Part shown: piece by piece, positions 16,636 to 20,000 of the stretch
Numbering within the stretch: position 1 is the first letter of the stretch
Layout: every line of letters begins with the position of its first letter
Virus record (IMG/VR): IMGVR_UViG_2859243816_000004
Coordinates: 52,940-72,939 of that record
Length of the DNA stretch: 20,000 nt
Reading direction: 5' to 3' (one strand)
Source of the DNA: an uncultured virus (IMG/VR IMGVR_UViG_2859243816_000004)
Lineage: Duplodnaviria > Heunggongvirae > Uroviricota > Caudoviricetes
The notes under the pieces: generated by a model
Seen by the model: only the letters and a program-made list of their open reading frames with translations
Told to the model about the DNA's origin: nothing
The model's database searches: none
Position numbers and translations under genes: made by a program

Positions 16636-16868
16636 CAGTGGATCTCCTGCGCTTCGTTCTGAATGTTTTCAGCCGCAATACGCAGCAGCTCCGCCGCTTC
16701 AACGTGATTAAGCTGGCGTGACGTGATATGGCAAGCTAGGCTATCAAGACGGGCTGCCATTGCCGCAGCACGTGCACGGCGTTCTTCCATGCGCGCATCA
16801 GTCAGCATCTGGTTAAGGCCAGCATCATCTGGTCCTGTTTTGGTGATTCGGGTTTCAATATTTCGCAT
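16635..16868 (-). CDS. Conserved P2-like early protein (DUF2732-like)
   Basis: DARMEERRARA...RLDSLA...LNHVEAAELLR; AGGAG RBS; syntenic position. Confidence 0.8.
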   Translation of the reverse strand: MRNIETRITKTGPDDAGLNQMLTDARMEERRARAAAMAARLDSLACHITSRQLNHVEAAELLRIAAENIQNEAQEIH

Positions 16869-16935
16869 TGTTGTTTCTCCTGAATTTGGGCAATAAGAAG
16901 CCCGGCGGGTTTACGCCTTTAATTTCGGTTGTGGG

Positions 16936-17277
16936 TTAATTCGGCATGGCTAGCCGATTTGGAAATAAACTCACCACTGTACGGAAATGGTTCATTGCTT
17001 TAATCAGCTCCCGCTTTTCGTCAGTCGTCAGCTCACTAACATTGACGCTATGACGTTCCGCCGGAATCTTTGCCATAAAGAATATTGCGGCTAGTGCGCG
17101 TTTATTCTGCTCATGGTTAATATCCCGTTGGTCCCGCATATCACTAATAAAGCGCTCCAGTTCTGAATCAATATTTAAGCCAAACACTTTCGCCCTTAAT
17201 TCCGCGATGTGGTTTAACCCATTAAGGCGGAGGCCAGCGCTTAGCGGAACAGTCGCAGCATCGCCTTCAATAGCCAT
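16936..17277 (-). CDS. Conserved P2-like early protein (DUF5347-like)
   Basis: MAIEG...GLNHIAELRAK...ELTTDEKRELIKAMNHFR; syntenic position. Confidence 0.78.
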   Translation of the reverse strand: MAIEGDAATVPLSAGLRLNGLNHIAELRAKVFGLNIDSELERFISDMRDQRDINHEQNKRALAAIFFMAKIPAERHSVNVSELTTDEKRELIKAMNHFRTVVSLFPNRLAMPN

Positions 17278-17441
17278 GGTTTCCCCTGCTTTTTAGTGGA
17301 CAGCTCAGCCAGCAACGCATCCTGAGAGCGGCACGGATGCCAGCGCTTGCCATCCTTCCCCATAATCCAGCCATGACCGCAGTGCATTGCAGGACTTTTC
17401 TTAACAAGCAGTGATGCAAAAGATGGTTCTTTAGTCAGCAT
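17241..17441 (-). CDS. fil: Fil-like protein (186 fil; cell-division inhibition)
   Basis: MLTKEPSFASLLVKKSPAMHCGHGWIMGKDGKRWHPCRSQ closely resembles 186 Fil; follows cII. Confidence 0.85.
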   Translation of the reverse strand: MLTKEPSFASLLVKKSPAMHCGHGWIMGKDGKRWHPCRSQDALLAELSTKKQGKPWLLKAMLRLFR

Positions 17442-17448
17442 AACCACC

Positions 17449-17958
17449 TCAGATCAGACCGAACGAAGCGCCGAGGCCCGTCACGGTATCTACTGCGCTT
17501 GCCATCGCCGGATTCGCCTGCAAACGCGCATGTAATGAAACTGCGGTGAGTGCCATCAGGCGCGTGACAGAGTTGATGCTGTTGATAACATCGCGGCGGC
17601 CCGCACTGGTTTTTACATCACCGGATACTGCGCCTGCAGCTACTCGCCCAATTTCCGCAGTTGCACTCATGACGTAATGCGGCAGGTTCTCTTTTGCCAC
17701 TTCATTCAATGGCACACACGGCAGGCAATGGATTTGAGCCAGAAAACCGTCAACCAGCGTTGAGTCTTCTGTGATATCAGTCAGCAGCCAGATCTCCGGC
17801 GGCGTAAGTTGATGCGGTTGCTCCGGGTTCAGCTTATTGCGCAGCGTCTGGACATTCATTCCTGCGCGTTCTGCCAGCTTCGCCATGTTGTGACGCAGCG
17901 CGAAAGCCCGGCAGGCTTCGTCAAAGTGTGGATGTTTGGAAATCTTATAATCAAACAT
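17449..17958 (-). CDS. cII: 186-type CII activator of lysogeny establishment
   Basis: MFDYKISKHPHFDEACRAFALRHN...QTLRNKLNPEQPHQLT. Confidence 0.95.
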   Translation of the reverse strand: MFDYKISKHPHFDEACRAFALRHNMAKLAERAGMNVQTLRNKLNPEQPHQLTPPEIWLLTDITEDSTLVDGFLAQIHCLPCVPLNEVAKENLPHYVMSATAEIGRVAAGAVSGDVKTSAGRRDVINSINSVTRLMALTAVSLHARLQANPAMASAVDTVTGLGASFGLI

Positions 17959-17985
17959 GCGCCCCTCTCAAAAAGTTCTCATAAT
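17932..17985 (+). promoter_or_regulatory. pE-like establishment promoter with CII binding site
   Basis: Inverted heptamers ATGTTTG (17932-17938) N13 CAAACAT (17952-17958) over the cII start; -10 CATAAT at 17980-17985 directed toward cI, as in 186 pE. Confidence 0.8.
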
Positions 17986-17990
17986 TGAAC

Positions 17991-18233
17991 TTACTGACCA
18001 ACAATGACGCGAAAGTTGGAATGACCGAGGGATTCACGAACCTGGTCTGTTTTGTACATCAGGTAACGCAGACTTACGCGACCTTTGTTTTTTTCTTTCT
18101 TGACCATGTACTTAGCAAGCTGACCATGGTGAATTTTCTGGTAAACAGAACCACGGGAGATATCTTCCCATTCAGCGAACTCTGCAGGCGTAGCCATCTC
18201 TTTTGGTACACGAATTGAAATATCAGTGCTCAT
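17991..18233 (-). CDS. Apl/Cox-like repressor-excisionase
   Basis: 80 aa; wHTH-like TPAEFAEWEDISRGSVYQKIHHGQL; first lytic gene, divergent from cI. Confidence 0.85.
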   Translation of the reverse strand: MSTDISIRVPKEMATPAEFAEWEDISRGSVYQKIHHGQLAKYMVKKEKNKGRVSLRYLMYKTDQVRESLGHSNFRVIVGQ

Positions 18234-18283
18234 AGTGCAGTATCTCTTAGTTTGGTTTCGATTTATCTCGTTTTATAGGGTTG

Positions 18284-18302
18284 AGGTTTGTTTTTCAAAC
18301 CT
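18284..18302. promoter_or_regulatory. Candidate repressor operator in the switch region
   Basis: Perfect inverted repeat AGGTTTG-ttttt-CAAACCT just downstream of the predicted lytic promoter start. Confidence 0.5.
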
Positions 18303-18309
18303 TGAGCGA

Positions 18310-18338
18310 ATACTAAGGTCACATTTTATATACGTCAA
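18310..18338 (-). promoter_or_regulatory. Early lytic promoter (pR-like)
   Basis: Minus strand TTGACG (18338-18333) N17 TAGTAT (18315-18310), directed toward apl/cII. Confidence 0.75.
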
Positions 18339-18349
18339 GGGTTTTGCTT

Positions 18350-18982
18350 ATGAGATCCATCAAGGTAGGTAATGACAGTGGAGGGCGTGAAGCTATCAAT
18401 AGGCTGATTAAGGCTTATAACTTCAGCTCTCGACAGCAGTTGTGTGACCATCTTTCCGTTTCAAAAAGCACCATGGCAAACAGATACTTAAGAGACAGCT
18501 TCCCTGCTGAATGGGTTATACAGTGCGCTCTTGAAACTGGGGTTTCGCTGCTTTGGTTAACGACTGGGCAAGGTGATAAAAATGATAATAACGCGCAGGA
18601 AAATAGTTTTGGTTTTGTGAACCAGACCCATATCAAACCGTTATCCGAAGTTGTAGCGCCTGAAATTGATAAGGCCACATTAGATGGTGGCGCTTTAGTG
18701 GACCAAGGCAAGGTGATATTGGATAACAGTCTAATCCCCCACAACATGACTAATCCGTGGCTCATCCATACAGACGATGGCTCTTATCTCGTTGACCGTA
18801 GCGGCACTCCACCAGTAAATGGCGTATGGCTCGTTGATATTGATGGAATAAAAACGATAGCTAAACTTGCACGCATCCCCGGCAATCGCTTAATTGTCCA
18901 GCAGGGTGAATCATCTTTTGAGTGCAGCCTTGATGATATAGAGGTAGTAGGCCGTGCTATAAAAGTAATTAAGAGTCTGTGA
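18350..18982 (+). CDS. cI: 186-type CI immunity repressor
   Basis: ATG 18350 after AAGGGG; HTH AINRLIKAYNF...LSVSKSTMANRYLRDSFP, ETGVSLLWL.TGQG; C-terminal GVWLVDIDG...IPGNRL. Confidence 0.93.
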   Translation: MRSIKVGNDSGGREAINRLIKAYNFSSRQQLCDHLSVSKSTMANRYLRDSFPAEWVIQCALETGVSLLWLTTGQGDKNDNNAQENSFGFVNQTHIKPLSEVVAPEIDKATLDGGALVDQGKVILDNSLIPHNMTNPWLIHTDDGSYLVDRSGTPPVNGVWLVDIDGIKTIAKLARIPGNRLIVQQGESSFECSLDDIEVVGRAIKVIKSL

Positions 18983-18983
18983 T

Positions 18984-20000
18984 ATGACGATCAGAAAGCA
19001 GCCGAACGGAAAATGGTTGTGTGAGTGCTACCCGAACGGGCGCGACGGCAAACGCGTGCGTAAGCAATTTGCGACGAAAGGCGAGGCTATAGCATTCGAA
19101 AACTTCACCATGGATGAAGTAAACAAAAAGCCATGGCTTGGTGAGAAGGAAGATCGTCGTCGCTTGTCAGAAGTAATTGAGCAATGGCACTCACTCTACG
19201 GGCAGACGCTTGCAGATCCCAAACGCCTAATGGCGAAACTTAATATTATCTGTAATGGTCTGGGCGATCCCATCGCTTCAGAGCTGACCGCCGGTGACTT
19301 TACGAAATACCGCGAAGCACGGCTAAAAGGTGGGGTGCGAAATGAAGACGGCGCGCTTATGTCGCCAGTTAAGCCTCGCACGGTAAACCTTGAACAACGC
19401 AACCTATCATCCGTTTTTGGTACTCTGAAAAAGCTGGGCCACTGGTCAGCACCCAACCCACTCGCCGGTTTGCCAACATTTAAAATCGCAGAAGGTGAAC
19501 TAGCGTTCTTAGCCCCGGAAGAAATTAGGCGCCTGCTGGATGCCTGCGCTGATTCTCAAAGCCCCAGTCTGCTGATGATAGCAAAAATATGCCTGGCCAC
19601 CGGCGCACGATGGAGTGAAGCCGAAAACCTGCAGGGCCATCAATTATCGAAATACCGAATCACCTATACCAAGACCAAGGGCAAGAAAAACCGTACCGTG
19701 CCGATCTCTCAGGATCTGTATGACGAACTACCTAAGAACCGAGGGAAGTTGTTCACGCCGTGCAGAAAAGCCTTTGAGCGTGCTGTAAAAAGAGCTGGTA
19801 TTGAGCTGCCAGAAGGCCAATGCACCCACGTCCTGCGCCATACATTTGCGAGTCATTTTATGATGAACGGCGGAAACATACTTGTGCTTAAAGAAATTTT
19901 AGGCCATGCCGATATTAAGATGACGATGATATACGCACATTTCTCCCCTGATCATTTAGAGGATGCTGTAAGTAAAAACCCACTAGTGAGTTTAAAATGA
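18984..20000 (+). CDS. int: Tyrosine integrase
   Basis: N-terminal arm-binding RVRKQFATKGEA; catalytic TGARWSE, HVLRH, LGH and YAH; TGA at 19998-20000. Confidence 0.97.
   Translation: MTIRKQPNGKWLCECYPNGRDGKRVRKQFATKGEAIAFENFTMDEVNKKPWLGEKEDRRRLSEVIEQWHSLYGQTLADPKRLMAKLNIICNGLGDPIASELTAGDFTKYREARLKGGVRNEDGALMSPVKPRTVNLEQRNLSSVFGTLKKLGHWSAPNPLAGLPTFKIAEGELAFLAPEEIRRLLDACADSQSPSLLMIAKICLATGARWSEAENLQGHQLSKYRITYTKTKGKKNRTVPISQDLYDELPKNRGKLFTPCRKAFERAVKRAGIELPEGQCTHVLRHTFASHFMMNGGNILVLKEILGHADIKMTMIYAHFSPDHLEDAVSKNPLVSLK

Larger units (their letters stand above)
1..20000. mobile_element. P2-like temperate prophage (186/Fels-2-type), extends beyond both window edges
   Basis: Canonical P2-family gene order int-cI-apl-cII-...-dam-A-tum-cos-Q-P-O-N-M-L-X-lysis-R-S-V-W-J-I; cos lies internally, as expected for an integrated prophage. 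Confidence 0.98.

Noticed and set aside
19950..20000. att site or tRNA target
   Set aside because: The window ends at the int stop codon; att would lie outside.
1..20000. CRISPR array, tRNA/rRNA, IS element, retron/RT or toxin-antitoxin pair
   Set aside because: No repeat-spacer periodicity, RNA-gene signature, transposase, RT motif or two-gene cargo seen; nearly all sequence is accounted for by phage genes.

Overview
The whole window is part of an integrated P2-like (Peduovirinae; 186/Fels-2/PSP3-type) temperate prophage in an enterobacterium. From left to right it holds: the baseplate/tail operon (I partial, J, W, V; minus strand); an AT-rich cargo gene for a multi-pass membrane protein between V and S; the head, lysis and tail-completion operon (S, R, lysC, lysB, SAR endolysin, holin, X, L, M, N, O; minus); divergent terminase P and portal Q; a SieB-like superinfection-exclusion cargo gene between Q and cos; the 19-nt cos site; a LexA-controlled tum/dinI-like/hypothetical cluster; rolling-circle initiator A with internal ori; dam; small early genes; cII; apl/cox; the genetic switch; cI; and the tyrosine integrase, which ends at the last base. 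All complete core genes look intact. The most notable observations are the two cargo genes (especially the uncharacterised 5-TM protein, whose candidate promoter lies inside the late-activator site), an 8-codon minigene in the lysA slot that links endolysin to spanin, probable leaderless late transcripts, and several structured intergenic elements. Calls come from recognising sequences and synteny; no database searches were run.
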